Shown: positions 15,769-25,746, numbered from the stretch's first letter. The stretch: DNA of 64,000 nt from Candidatus Zixiibacteriota bacterium (GCA_041742355.1 JBGSIV010000157.1:21543-85542); one strand, 5' to 3'. Translations and numbers: made by a program. The notes: generated by a model not told the origin, from the letters alone.

Positions 15769-18588
15769 TCATCCTCCCAGCGAGCCGGCGCCGTACAGAC
15801 CGAAGGCAGCCCAGTGATAGGCCGAGGGGAATTCCTGCCGTGTCCGCTGTTCGGCACGCTGCAATGATATCGACAAGCATGATGTATTCAGTAGTTCGGC
15901 ATAAAACCGCTGCATAAACACAGCGGTGGCCCGGTCCGAAACCGGCCAGCGGCTGGCCAAAACGTTCCGCGCCCCCATCTCCAGCAGTGCCCGGACAAAA
16001 CCGGTCGACTCCTCTCCCGGCAGCGCGACTTCTTCGCCGGACCGGCAGGCAGCGAGCGTGACCAGAGCAACATTGCAGCGGCGGAGCTGGAAATCGGCCG
16101 CAAAGAGAGGACCATCCTGCAGTTGGAGCGACGAGTAGATGGGGCTCTCGCTTTGCATCCGGGCGTGGCCGGCATAGTGCCAGACGAGGTAGTCCCCTTC
16201 GGCCGGCCAGGAGGCGCGGGTCGCCGGGGCATGGACCGTGGTCCGGCCAGGGGCCAGGCACGCCAGTTGCCGCAGTTCTTCTCGGATCTGGGGCAGATCG
16301 CCGGCATCGCCTCGGAAGAGGTGGAACTCCTCCCCGGCAGGTCGACGCGATTGAGCCAGCCAGTGATGCCGGAGGCTCGGGGTTAGCACGACCGCATGCC
16401 GATCACCCACCGCCGCACCATTATGCTCAAGCGCCTGCCACGGGAGATTAGCCAGCGGGCCGTCGGGTACGAGCACTACCGACGAGCAGGTCGAGGGAAT
16501 TTCGAGTCCCGCCCACAGCCAGCCGCCCAACTCCCGCCAGACCGACTGCTCGACAACAGATACCGGACCATACTCACCGGGGCCGGCCAGAATTGCCCGC
16601 TCCATGCAGAAACGCCATCGTTCGGCGAGGGCCTCCAGCCGCTGCACACCGCCAACATACCTCCTCGCGGCGACCTCGCCCCGATAGTGAACGAGGGCGT
16701 GGATATCCTGCCCGGAAAAGTGGAACTGCACGACGGGATGGCCGTCGACTTGGGATGAAATGTTTGCCGCGAAGCTGTCAGCGGTCAGCAGCGAGGTGTC
16801 TTCCGCGCGATCGAGAGTCAACAGACACTCGCGCACCTCACGGTGCAGGTGCGAAATACGGCCCGGGATAGCCGCAGAATCGGTACTTCCGGCGGACCGC
16901 TGGGCTGGCGACGCGAGCCGCTGCGACAGGGAAAGCACGCGGGCCGACAGCGACGTGAGGCTTTGCCCGACCTTCTCGCGGGCGGTCCGCAATTCAGCCT
17001 CATGCGCCCCCACATTCCAGACGCCCGCGGTGCGCGAACGCTCTGACCAGACTGCGGCAAGCAGCGGATCAGTCGGAAGATACGCTTCGACCAGACGGGT
17101 ATGGGGGAGCTTGGCCACTCGGCTGTAGCGGGTTCGCAGTTCCATCGGCGGGAGCGCCGCACGCACGGTGTCAAGACGATCCGCCGCACGCTGCCAGCAT
17201 GTCAGGGCCTGGGTCCGTCTCCCGGCGGCAGCGGCGGCATCCCCTTCCAGTACCTGCCATGCCGCATACAGGTGCGGCACGCAACGGACCGCCGGATTGC
17301 GGCGGAGGCGCGGCAGTGTAGCCGACGCTTGCCCCGAGGCCTCGGCCGTCCGCAGATCGCACATGGCATCCCAGAATGGCAACTGTGCTCGACTGAATTG
17401 CCGGCGCACTGTCTGCAGACGACTCGCGCCGTTCGGTTCGCCCGTATCGGCGAGGTCCAGCTGAAGGAGTTTGACGGCGCCGAGGAAACCCCGATGGCGA
17501 AGCCCGCGGAAAAGTGCCTCCGCCCGCACGGCTTCGCGACGAGCTATCTTCGCATCATGCATCCCTGCTGATGCATAGGCCGCGTAGAGATGTGCCTTGG
17601 CTTCTTCGTAGGCCAGCTTGAGTTTGTGAAATCTCCGTCCCGCCTCTTGCGCCCCTTGGTGCGCCTCGCGGTAGAGCCCGAGCTGGAGGTGAACATCTGC
17701 CCGATCGAGCAGGCAGAGCGCGTGGCCCCGTGGATCCCCCGCCTTGCGGTAGATCGACTCGCACAACGACAGTTCCAGCAGAGCCGCATGGAACCGGCCG
17801 GTCAGCAGCCACAGCCATGCCAATCCGTACCGCGCGTCAGCTGCATCGAGCTCGTATCCGGCCTCGCCGTAAACCTGCAGCGCCAGCCGGTAGAGCGCTT
17901 CCGCCTCATCCATACTGAACAGCTGTACGAGCACGTTGGCTTGATTATAGTAGCACCGGGCCAGCGCGACCCGGTTCTCGGACTTCTCAAAGTAGTGAAT
18001 GGCGCTCTCGTACAGGCGGGAAGCCCGCCGGGGATCGTCCTGCCGGTGGTACAGGTTGCCGAGATTCACCCAGGTCTGGGCCAGATCGGATTCGGCTCGA
18101 AGCTTCGAAAACGTCCGGATAGCTGCGTTGCCGTAGCGCAGAGCAGCCCGGGTATCGCCCAGGTACATGCATATGTCCACCAGCGTCCGGTCGACCCTGG
18201 CGCGAATCAACGGCTGCGCGCGGCAGAGGGCGCGAGCCTTCAGGTAATACTCGAGTGCTTTCTGGTGCGATCCGGAGAAGTGGTGCATTCGCCCGAGTGA
18301 ACGGCTGGCGGTCTGGACGAGAATCGGACGGCCGCTGTGTTCCGCTCGCACGGAAAACCGCTCCGCGATCCGCAGTGCCTTCCGAATAGAGGCGCGGAAT
18401 GCGTCCTGTACCAGACGGTCGCAGGCAGCGGCCAGCTCGGTATCGGCCATGCCGCCGGACGACCCAGTCCGCAGAAATCGACGCGCGGCTATGACGGTTT
18501 CGTTCTCTTCCATGTCAGCCCGGTTAGTTGAATGCTTCGCGTGGCCGAGTGCAGCGAGAGCCGACGGGGCGGACGGACTGACTGCCAT
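15769..18588 (-). CDS. TPR-repeat + CHAT (caspase-like) domain protein, cytoplasmic
   Basis: No signal peptide. About 350 aa of TPR-like repeats. C-terminal CHAT with His in WHYAGHA (codon 16165-16167, checked CAC) and Cys in LAACRSG (codon 16045-16047, checked TGC). The true start may be ATG 18513 or 18450; the listed start overlaps the anti-sigma gene by 100 nt. Confidence 0.9.
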   Translation of the reverse strand: MAVSPSAPSALAALGHAKHSTNRADMEENETVIAARRFLRTGSSGGMADTELAAACDRLVQDAFRASIRKALRIAERFSVRAEHSGRPILVQTASRSLGRMHHFSGSHQKALEYYLKARALCRAQPLIRARVDRTLVDICMYLGDTRAALRYGNAAIRTFSKLRAESDLAQTWVNLGNLYHRQDDPRRASRLYESAIHYFEKSENRVALARCYYNQANVLVQLFSMDEAEALYRLALQVYGEAGYELDAADARYGLAWLWLLTGRFHAALLELSLCESIYRKAGDPRGHALCLLDRADVHLQLGLYREAHQGAQEAGRRFHKLKLAYEEAKAHLYAAYASAGMHDAKIARREAVRAEALFRGLRHRGFLGAVKLLQLDLADTGEPNGASRLQTVRRQFSRAQLPFWDAMCDLRTAEASGQASATLPRLRRNPAVRCVPHLYAAWQVLEGDAAAAAGRRTQALTCWQRAADRLDTVRAALPPMELRTRYSRVAKLPHTRLVEAYLPTDPLLAAVWSERSRTAGVWNVGAHEAELRTAREKVGQSLTSLSARVLSLSQRLASPAQRSAGSTDSAAIPGRISHLHREVRECLLTLDRAEDTSLLTADSFAANISSQVDGHPVVQFHFSGQDIHALVHYRGEVAARRYVGGVQRLEALAERWRFCMERAILAGPGEYGPVSVVEQSVWRELGGWLWAGLEIPSTCSSVVLVPDGPLANLPWQALEHNGAAVGDRHAVVLTPSLRHHWLAQSRRPAGEEFHLFRGDAGDLPQIREELRQLACLAPGRTTVHAPATRASWPAEGDYLVWHYAGHARMQSESPIYSSLQLQDGPLFAADFQLRRCNVALVTLAACRSGEEVALPGEESTGFVRALLEMGARNVLASRWPVSDRATAVFMQRFYAELLNTSCLSISLQRAEQRTRQEFPSAYHWAAFGLYGAGSLGG

Positions 18589-19055
18589 TGATAGACACCC
18601 AAATCGTCGGCCGAGACGACGTCGCCGTCGGCCTGAAGGACAAACGGCTCGTCGCCGGAGAACTGCGCCACGAACGACCAGCCCCTTGGACGTTTCTCGG
18701 CGCGCAGTTCAAACGTCAGATCATCGGCCCTGAAGTGAACCCGACGGTTCGCTTCGATCGCGGGTCCGCGAACCCCAACCGGCACGGGCGACGCCCACGA
18801 GTCGAAAACCAGGTTCGCCACGAGATCGACCAGGCGTTCCACGGCCGATTGACGGCCGATAGCTTTGGCCGCCTTGATCACCGCCGCTGGCGGTACCGGC
18901 AGCGGATCCCGGCCCACTACTGGGTGAAACCTGGCCAGCACCTCGTACGCCTCACGGCATTCCTCGCAGCCCGCGAGGTGGGGATGGTCTGAGCCGGCGC
19001 CGGTCCGCGCCAGGCGAATCAGCTCTCTCCGGCTCAAGTGCTTTGCGCGACTCAT
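18489..19055 (-). CDS. putative zinc-binding (ZAS-type) anti-sigma factor, soluble
   Basis: ATG 6 nt after GGGAG. H-x3-C-x2-C motif HLAGCEEC near the N-terminus. No hydrophobic helix long enough for a TM segment. Lies directly downstream of the ECF sigma. Confidence 0.65.
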   Translation of the reverse strand: MSRAKHLSRRELIRLARTGAGSDHPHLAGCEECREAYEVLARFHPVVGRDPLPVPPAAVIKAAKAIGRQSAVERLVDLVANLVFDSWASPVPVGVRGPAIEANRRVHFRADDLTFELRAEKRPRGWSFVAQFSGDEPFVLQADGDVVSADDLGVYQWQSVRPPRRLSLHSATRSIQLTGLTWKRTKPS

Positions 19056-19093
19056 TTCATCTCCCTTCTCTGTACAGGCAGAGGGAGCATCGG

Positions 19094-19663
19094 TTACTTC
19101 CGTTCTTCAATGTATCCAAGACCGATCAGGATTTCCTTCAGTCGGGTGAGGCAACGGCGACGTTTGGCTCCGAGCGTATTAGGGGAGAGGTCAAAATCGG
19201 ACGCAATGTCGTCGTAAGATCGCTCCTCGTCCGCAAAAAAGAAGGCGTACAACAACTTACGGCACGGTTGATCTATCCGCGCCAGCGCCGTCTCAAGGGT
19301 CGCCTGCAACTCCAGAATTTCAAAGTCTTCCTCGGGATTAGGCCGATCATCGGCCTTGGCGCCGAGACAGTCGTCGGACTGGTTACGGGCTACTCGATGG
19401 CGGAGGCGGATAGCCTCCCGCTTGGCGGTAGTGACCAGCCATGAGGAGATGCGCGACGCATCCTGAAGGCGGTAGCGGTGCTCAAACAACGCCGTCCACG
19501 TGTGTTGAAAGACATCGGCAGCGTCCGCATCTGTAAGTCCGACCTGACGGCAAAAGGCAAAGACCAGGGATTTATAGCGATCGACGAGCTCTTCCCAAGC
19601 CTTCGGGTCGTTGATCAGAACCCGTTGCCACAACTGCTGATCGGTCAGTTCGGATCGTTTCAT
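19094..19663 (-). CDS. ECF-type sigma factor
   Basis: Start taken at ATG 19663 (MKRSELTDQQLWQRV...); the listed ORF extends to 19756. Region 2 DAADVFQHTWTALF / WLVTTAKREAIRLR. Region 4 YAFFFADEERSYDDIASDFDLSPNTLGAKRRRCLTRLKEIL. Confidence 0.85.
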   Translation of the reverse strand: MKRSELTDQQLWQRVLINDPKAWEELVDRYKSLVFAFCRQVGLTDADAADVFQHTWTALFEHRYRLQDASRISSWLVTTAKREAIRLRHRVARNQSDDCLGAKADDRPNPEEDFEILELQATLETALARIDQPCRKLLYAFFFADEERSYDDIASDFDLSPNTLGAKRRRCLTRLKEILIGLGYIEERK

Positions 19664-20002
19664 AGGGTCATATATACCTGTTGCTCCTCGTTGCAAGCTA
19701 ATGTAATTCCGGCAGCGCGCAATGGGATTCTTCGGGCTGGATGGTCCTGCGGGCATATCTGCGGCAGGCTCTGGTTACGATCGGGTAAGTGCGCCGGACA
19801 CGGTGCCGCTATGGCAATTGGTCGGCCCATCTCCTCCCCTCTACAATGTAGTTTTGCCTTGGATCGGCATCAATTAGACCCTTGGCGCGCCGATAATTAG
19901 GATATCGGTTCGAGATGACGGATTCTGCTCCAGGAAACCGAACTTCCTCGGATCGACAAGAGAACAGAAGGGTGACAATCGTACGGATCCGATGGGTGAA
20001 TT

Positions 20003-20782
20003 ATGGTCAGTGTCCAGCGTCGTATCGCAGTGCTCGGTGCTCTTGGAGCGGTGATCGCCCTCCTGCCGGCCGAATTGTGCGCACAAGTCCCGGATGATCT
20101 CGTCAGTGACCCTGCGCCCCAGGTGGTGGTCGGAGTCGAGACTGAACTGGCTTCCCGATACCTCGATCGGGGTTTGACCTACAGTGACGGCGCGGTTTCA
20201 CAGACCTCGCTCTGGGTCAGCGCGTTCGGACTGACCGGGTCGATCTGGACGAACTACGAATTCGACGCGGAGATGGGAACACCATCCCTGAACGAAGTAG
20301 ATATCGCTTTGGCCTGGTCCGGCTCGCTGGGACTCTGGGATCTCGAACCGTCCGTGCAGACCTTTTCGTATCCCGAGCAACCGGACGTTCCGTGGACAGC
20401 CGAGATCTTGCTCTCCCTGACATGCAATCTGCCGGTTGTGCAGCCCTACGCCGTATATCGCCTCGATGTCAAGGAATACGCGGGCGCCTGCTTTGGCGAA
20501 TTGGGCGTGCAAACCGGTTGGGCACTTCGAGAGAATCTCGAGCTGGGCGCCCAGGCATCACTCGGCTGGGGTTCATCCGAATTCAACCAAGCCTATCTTG
20601 GTAAAGCGTTCTCCGGGCTGCAGGTGGCAATGCTCGATGCCGGGGTGCTGTGGAACGCCATCGGGGGGCTCTACGTGCGTCCTCACTTGGTCGTGGCAGC
20701 GCTGCTCCGTCGGGATGCCCGTGAGCTTGTCGAGGACCCCTCACCGCTGCAGGCCGGGCTGGTTGTCGGAGGCGAATTTTGA
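20003..20782 (+). CDS. secreted porin-like protein (TorF/Gcw_chp-like, tentative)
   Basis: Signal peptide ...LLPAELCAQ. ELASRYLDRGLTYSDGAVSQTSLWVS resembles the SxYxxRGxxxSDxxPAxQ start of the TorF family. Its stop overlaps the kinase ATG (ATGA). Confidence 0.5.
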   Translation: MVSVQRRIAVLGALGAVIALLPAELCAQVPDDLVSDPAPQVVVGVETELASRYLDRGLTYSDGAVSQTSLWVSAFGLTGSIWTNYEFDAEMGTPSLNEVDIALAWSGSLGLWDLEPSVQTFSYPEQPDVPWTAEILLSLTCNLPVVQPYAVYRLDVKEYAGACFGELGVQTGWALRENLELGAQASLGWGSSEFNQAYLGKAFSGLQVAMLDAGVLWNAIGGLYVRPHLVVAALLRRDARELVEDPSPLQAGLVVGGEF

Positions 20783-23373
20783 TGGTCAGTGCAAAGACGC
20801 AGACAAAGCTGATCGTCCTCATGGGAATGGTGCTGGGAGTGTTTCTCCTGGGCATGGTTTTCATGCACCAGGTGGGCAAGGACCAGGCTGCGCTCCTGTC
20901 ACAGGACAAAGCACGAGAGAAAACTCTGGCGCTGGAACAGCTGGTTCGGCTGTTAAGCCGGCCGCTCCAGACGCTGTCATACGACTACACGTTCTGGGAC
21001 GAGATGGTGGAATTCGTCGCCACCCGTGACAGCGCCTGGGCATACGACAATGTACACATAGGCCTCCAAACGTACGAAACCGATGCCGGGTGGGTATTCG
21101 CTCCGACCGGCGAGACCGTCTACACGGCGACTGCCGATGGGGTGGACGGAGTCATCGACGACAGCATAGTATTGGCCAGCATTCGGGACGCTATGGACCA
21201 AAGCTGGTTCAACCACTGGTTTATCATGGCGCCTTTGGGCGTGGTCGAGCTCTACTCAGCCCCCATTCAACCATCCAACGACAACGATCGCAAGACCGAG
21301 CCGCGAGGCTATTTCGTTGTGGCAAAGATATGGGATACCGACTATCTGGCCGAGATCGAGAGGGCAATCGACGCAGAGATTGCCGTCAAGCCAGTCTCCT
21401 CCGAAACACGCAGTGCGTTTGAGCACGCCGGCTCGACCGACCGGCTCGTATTCACGCACACACTTCCGGGTCTTCACGGCAAACCGGTAGCGAGGCTGAT
21501 CTGCGAAGCGGAGAACACGCTCTACACAGCTTTTCGGACAGCCGAGTTCAACCGGATGATCTACCTTGGCGTGTTCTGCCTGTTTGTCCTGCTCATCATG
21601 GTAGTGGCGCTCCATTACTGGCTGGGCCAGCCGCTGCACCAGGTGATGCTCAGCCTGCAGACCGGCAGTGACGAGTCAGTCCAGGAGTTGTACCGGGCCG
21701 GCGTCGAATTTGGCAAGATCGGCGAATTGATCGGGGCATTCCTGGAGCAGAAATCGGACCTTGAGGTCGAAATTCTCGAGCGGCGGCGGACGGAAGAGGC
21801 TGTGCGCAGCCGGGAGGGCCTTCTCCGGGCCACCCTGGAGTCGACGGCCGACGGCATTCTGGTGGCCAGTTGTGATGGCCGGGTGACCCACCGAAACGAG
21901 AAATTTCTCGAGCTGTGGAGAATACCGAAAGAACTGGCTAATGACGCCGACGACGAATTGTTGATCGGCTACGTGCTCTCGCAGCTGAAGGACCCGACAG
22001 CGTTTATCACAAAGGTCACCGCCCTGTACGCCAGCTCGGACGAGTCATTCGACACCCTGGAGTTCCTCGATGGACGAGTCTTCGACCGGTACTCCTGTCC
22101 GCTTGCACAAGAGGGCCGCGTCGTGGGTCGGGTATGGAGTTTCCGCGACGTGACCCAGCAGCGCAAAGCCGAAGAGGCCCGGCTGCAATTGCAGGAGAGC
22201 CTCGAGCGAGCGCAGCGGATGGAGTCGCTCGGACTGCTTGCAGGCGGCGTCGCCCACGACCTGAACAACATCCTCGGACCGGTCGTCGGATACTCCGAAC
22301 TGCTGATGCGTGACGTGAACGAGGATCCCAGGATCCTCGGACGCCTGCAGAAAATCAACCGCTCGGCCCAGGAAGCAGCGGCGGTCATTCAGGATCTTCT
22401 CGCCCTGGCGCGACGGGGCCGTTACGAGATGCACCCGCTCAATATCAACCAGGTGGTCAATTCGTATGTCGAATCGGTTGGCTGCGAAAAGCTCCGGGAA
22501 CGGCACCCCGACATCCGCCTCAACTTAGAACTGAATCCCGCCGCCCGGCCCATCTTGGGATCGGAGGTGCACCTCGGTAAAGTCGTCATGAACCTCGTGA
22601 CGAATGCGTTCGAAGCGATGCCGCTCGGGGGATGTCTGACCATCGTGACGGAGCAGGCGCACCTCGATCATCTCTACGGCGGGTACCGGGATATCGAGGC
22701 CGACGACTACGTCATCCTGCGCGTGAAAGACACGGGAACCGGAATCGCAAAGGAAGACATCGCGAAGATTTTCGAACCGTACTTTTCGCGCAAAACCATG
22801 GGGCGGAGCGGAAGCGGGCTGGGGTTGTCGATCGTGTACAGCATCGTGAAGGACCACCACGGATACTACGATATCTTGTCGGAAGTGGGCAAAGGTACTG
22901 AGTTCATCCTGTACTTCCCGGCATCCGAGAAGACCCCCGCGGCTGCCGCGGACAAGCAGGACATTCAGGGCGGGACCGAGCGCGTGCTGGTCGTCGACGA
23001 TCGCCCGGAGCAACGTGAAATGGCCTGCGAGATCATTGCCAGCCTGGGTTACTCGGTGCAGACGGCGGAGAACGGCCACCAGGCTGTTGAGATCATGACG
23101 CGCGAGACGGTGGACGTGATCGTACTCGACATGATTATGGAGCCGGACTTCGATGGTCTGGACACCTATCGTGAAATCCTCAAGATCTGTCCGAGGCAGA
23201 AAGCCGTGATTGTGAGCGGGTTCTCCGCCACCGATCGAACTCAGCAGACACTGGATCTCGGCGCCGGCCGCTACGTGCGCAAACCGTACAGCGTGGAGGA
23301 ACTGGCGCGGGCATTGCGGGAAGAACTCGACACTGCCCGGAGCGTGATGCAAGACTCGCCTGCACCAGCATAG
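20779..23373 (+). CDS. hybrid sensor histidine kinase/response regulator
   Basis: N-terminal TM, about 230-aa periplasmic region (YDYTFWDEMVEFV, possibly CHASE4-like, unverified), second TM, PAS, H-box AGGVAHDLNNIL, HATPase G-boxes DTGTGI / GSGLGLS, and a C-terminal receiver VLVVDD...VLDMIMEPDFDG...KP. Confidence 0.9.
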   Translation: MMVSAKTQTKLIVLMGMVLGVFLLGMVFMHQVGKDQAALLSQDKAREKTLALEQLVRLLSRPLQTLSYDYTFWDEMVEFVATRDSAWAYDNVHIGLQTYETDAGWVFAPTGETVYTATADGVDGVIDDSIVLASIRDAMDQSWFNHWFIMAPLGVVELYSAPIQPSNDNDRKTEPRGYFVVAKIWDTDYLAEIERAIDAEIAVKPVSSETRSAFEHAGSTDRLVFTHTLPGLHGKPVARLICEAENTLYTAFRTAEFNRMIYLGVFCLFVLLIMVVALHYWLGQPLHQVMLSLQTGSDESVQELYRAGVEFGKIGELIGAFLEQKSDLEVEILERRRTEEAVRSREGLLRATLESTADGILVASCDGRVTHRNEKFLELWRIPKELANDADDELLIGYVLSQLKDPTAFITKVTALYASSDESFDTLEFLDGRVFDRYSCPLAQEGRVVGRVWSFRDVTQQRKAEEARLQLQESLERAQRMESLGLLAGGVAHDLNNILGPVVGYSELLMRDVNEDPRILGRLQKINRSAQEAAAVIQDLLALARRGRYEMHPLNINQVVNSYVESVGCEKLRERHPDIRLNLELNPAARPILGSEVHLGKVVMNLVTNAFEAMPLGGCLTIVTEQAHLDHLYGGYRDIEADDYVILRVKDTGTGIAKEDIAKIFEPYFSRKTMGRSGSGLGLSIVYSIVKDHHGYYDILSEVGKGTEFILYFPASEKTPAAAADKQDIQGGTERVLVVDDRPEQREMACEIIASLGYSVQTAENGHQAVEIMTRETVDVIVLDMIMEPDFDGLDTYREILKICPRQKAVIVSGFSATDRTQQTLDLGAGRYVRKPYSVEELARALREELDTARSVMQDSPAPA

Positions 23374-23410
23374 CGTCAGCCGTGCAACTCACTATTCAAT
23401 GATGTCTTGG

Positions 23411-23444
23411 GCGCCTGCCCTCACCGGCAGGCGCTTCTGTTTTG
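23411..23444 (+). terminator. intrinsic terminator of the hybrid kinase gene
   Basis: GCGCCTGCC-CTCACC-GGCAGGCGC followed by TTCTGTTTTG. Confidence 0.7.
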
Positions 23445-23526
23445 CCTGGACCGCACGGAGACGATTGATACGGAGGATGCCGGAAAGGAACTGACGACGC
23501 TCTTGATGATTGACCGTGGAAGACGC

Positions 23527-23552
23527 GGAGCCGTCTTATGCAAGACGGCTCC
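23527..23552 (-). terminator. hairpin downstream of the malic enzyme gene
   Basis: GGAGCCGTCTT-ATGC-AAGACGGCTCC, 13 nt below the stop. No U tract. Confidence 0.4.
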
Positions 23553-23564
23553 GCTCAACTCATA

Positions 23565-25289
23565 TCAATAGGTCTGTTCGCGGCGGTAGGGGTAGTAGTG
23601 AGGATCCCACATGGCGCTGTGGATGAGTTCGGCCAGGTGGTCATCGGACGCATTCATCCCCACGTTCTCTTCTCTAGCCTGTCTGGCCACCGCAAGGGCG
23701 ACGGCGAAGGAAACCTCGCGCGTGTCCTTCAGCGACGGCAGCAGGCAAGAATGTGATCGAAGGGTCGCTGGAACCATGTCCGAGATGGCGCGGGTGGCGG
23801 CGTGAAACATCTTGTGGGTGATTTTCTGTGCCTGGCAGACGATCGCGCCGAGACCCATACCCGGAAAGACATAGAGGTTGTTGCACTGCGATATGGTGAT
23901 CTTGCGGCCATCAGGCAAGATGACCGGTTGGGATGGGCTGCCGGTGGCCATGAGAGCGCGACCACCGGTAGCGGCCATCACGGCCTCCGGCGTCGCCTCG
24001 CAACAGGAGGTCGGGTTGGAGAGGGCCAGCACGACGGGCCGTTCGCAATTGGCCGCCAGCGCGGCGAGGATCCTGTCGGTAAAGGCACCCTTCTGTCCCG
24101 AAAGGCCGATCAGGGTCGTGATCCCGGCGTGGCGGACGACTTCTTCGAGATACGGGGCCCGACCATCGGGAATGGGCCAGCCCGCGACAACCTCGTGCGT
24201 CTGCAGAAAGTGACTCTGGTACGGATCCGCCTTGTCTCCTTCCATCAGCAAGCCGTTGATGTCGACGGCAAAGATCTTTCGCCGGGCTTCGGCAACCGTC
24301 AACCCCCCTTCCAGGGTCATGAGCGTGACCAGCGCGTTGGCGACGCCGCTGCCGGCCTGACCGAAGCCGAGTATGGCTATGCGCTCGTCGTCCAGCGACC
24401 GTCCCGTCATCTTGAACGCCGAGTGTAATGCTGCCGCAGCCGTGGCGCCGGTCCCCTGGATGTCGTCGTTGAAGCTGAGAATGCGGTCCTGGTATCGGTC
24501 GAGCAACGTGGCCGCATGCTGCTTGCCGAAGTCCTCCCACTGCAGCAGCGCGCGCGGAAAGACCCGGCGGATACCCTGCACGAAGCGTTCGATGACGGCG
24601 TAGTAGTCGTCGCCGGTCAGGCGGGGATGGCGGACGCCCGTGTACATCGGGTCGGCGAGCAACCGCTCGTTGTTGGTGCCGACATCGATCATAACCGGCA
24701 GCGTCGAGGCCGGGTGGATACCGGCGGCGGCAACATAGAGAGCGATCTTCCCAATCGGGATCCCCATGCCGTCGGCCCCGAGATCCCCCAGCCCGAGAAC
24801 CCGCTCGCCGTCGGTCGCAACCAGCAGCGAGACGTTCGGGAGGCCGATGTTGTGGAGAATTTGCTCGATCGAGTCGACATTGGCCGGCGAAACGTAGATC
24901 CCCCGCCAGCGGCGGATAATGTGCGAGCGCTTGATACAGGCCTGGCCGACGGTCGGGGTGTAAACGATCGGCAGCATCTCCTCGATGTGGTGGGTCAGGA
25001 GCGAGTAGAAGACCGTTTCATTGCGGTCCAGCAGACCGATCAACTCATCGTACTTCTCAAGCTCGGTTGATCGGGATCTGATAATGTTGTAGTTGCGGGC
25101 GCGCTGCTGTTCGAGCGTCCCGATCTGATCGGACAACAGGCCGAGCAGATCGAAATCGGACCGTTCCGTCTTGGTGAAAGCGTATCCCTTGTTCAGCAGG
25201 GGATCGGACACCAGCAGGTGGCCCGTATGCGGGACGGCGTAGTAGATCTCACGCGTCAGTGGGTCGACCCGCATTTCGAAGCGTTTCAT
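23565..25289 (-). CDS. maeA: NAD(P)-dependent malic enzyme (long form)
   Basis: 574 aa. ATG 8 nt after AAGGAG. LLNKGYAFTKTER, ...VYTPTVGQAC..., LGLGDLGADGMGIPIGK, FNDDIQGTGA and ILGFGQAGSGVA are the standard malic-enzyme blocks. Confidence 0.9.
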   Translation of the reverse strand: MKRFEMRVDPLTREIYYAVPHTGHLLVSDPLLNKGYAFTKTERSDFDLLGLLSDQIGTLEQQRARNYNIIRSRSTELEKYDELIGLLDRNETVFYSLLTHHIEEMLPIVYTPTVGQACIKRSHIIRRWRGIYVSPANVDSIEQILHNIGLPNVSLLVATDGERVLGLGDLGADGMGIPIGKIALYVAAAGIHPASTLPVMIDVGTNNERLLADPMYTGVRHPRLTGDDYYAVIERFVQGIRRVFPRALLQWEDFGKQHAATLLDRYQDRILSFNDDIQGTGATAAAALHSAFKMTGRSLDDERIAILGFGQAGSGVANALVTLMTLEGGLTVAEARRKIFAVDINGLLMEGDKADPYQSHFLQTHEVVAGWPIPDGRAPYLEEVVRHAGITTLIGLSGQKGAFTDRILAALAANCERPVVLALSNPTSCCEATPEAVMAATGGRALMATGSPSQPVILPDGRKITISQCNNLYVFPGMGLGAIVCQAQKITHKMFHAATRAISDMVPATLRSHSCLLPSLKDTREVSFAVALAVARQAREENVGMNASDDHLAELIHSAMWDPHYYPYRREQTY

Positions 25290-25746
25290 GACTGTTACTC
25301 CTTAGTAGCCGCCCTTCCGGCGGGGCAGCCGCGGGGGAAGATATTGGTGTTGTCTGTCCATGTCAAGGACACTTGCGACTATGATCACTCTGTGCCGGAA
25401 AAGGTCCGCGCCCACCTGCCAGAATGAGGCACAATTGGGATCAGAATGGTCCTAAATGGGCAGAGCGCTCGTTCTCCTTATGTGAAGAATTTCGCATGCT
25501 GAAGAAACCTAAATGGGCGCGCTTTGTTACGGAGAGAGTGTCTGGACGATTCAATTGACTGATCATTCGGAACCAGCCGTTCGGTGTTTGTCATCGACGA
25601 CAAGCAGATGGCGCGCGCGATCCTTCGCCAAATGGAACACGTCGGCCTGGTGGAACTGGCCGGAGACAAGTATCGATCCACGACGTTCGGCTGGAAGAAA
25701 GCCGGATTCGATAATAAATTTACTTCGCGTTTCGTTAACAGTCGAT

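Noticed and set aside
19664-19760. ECF-type promoter GGAATT...CGA upstream of the operon sigma (minus strand, around 19705-19710)
   Set aside because: It is a single weak match with no second copy in the window to support a motif, and the spacing is uncertain.
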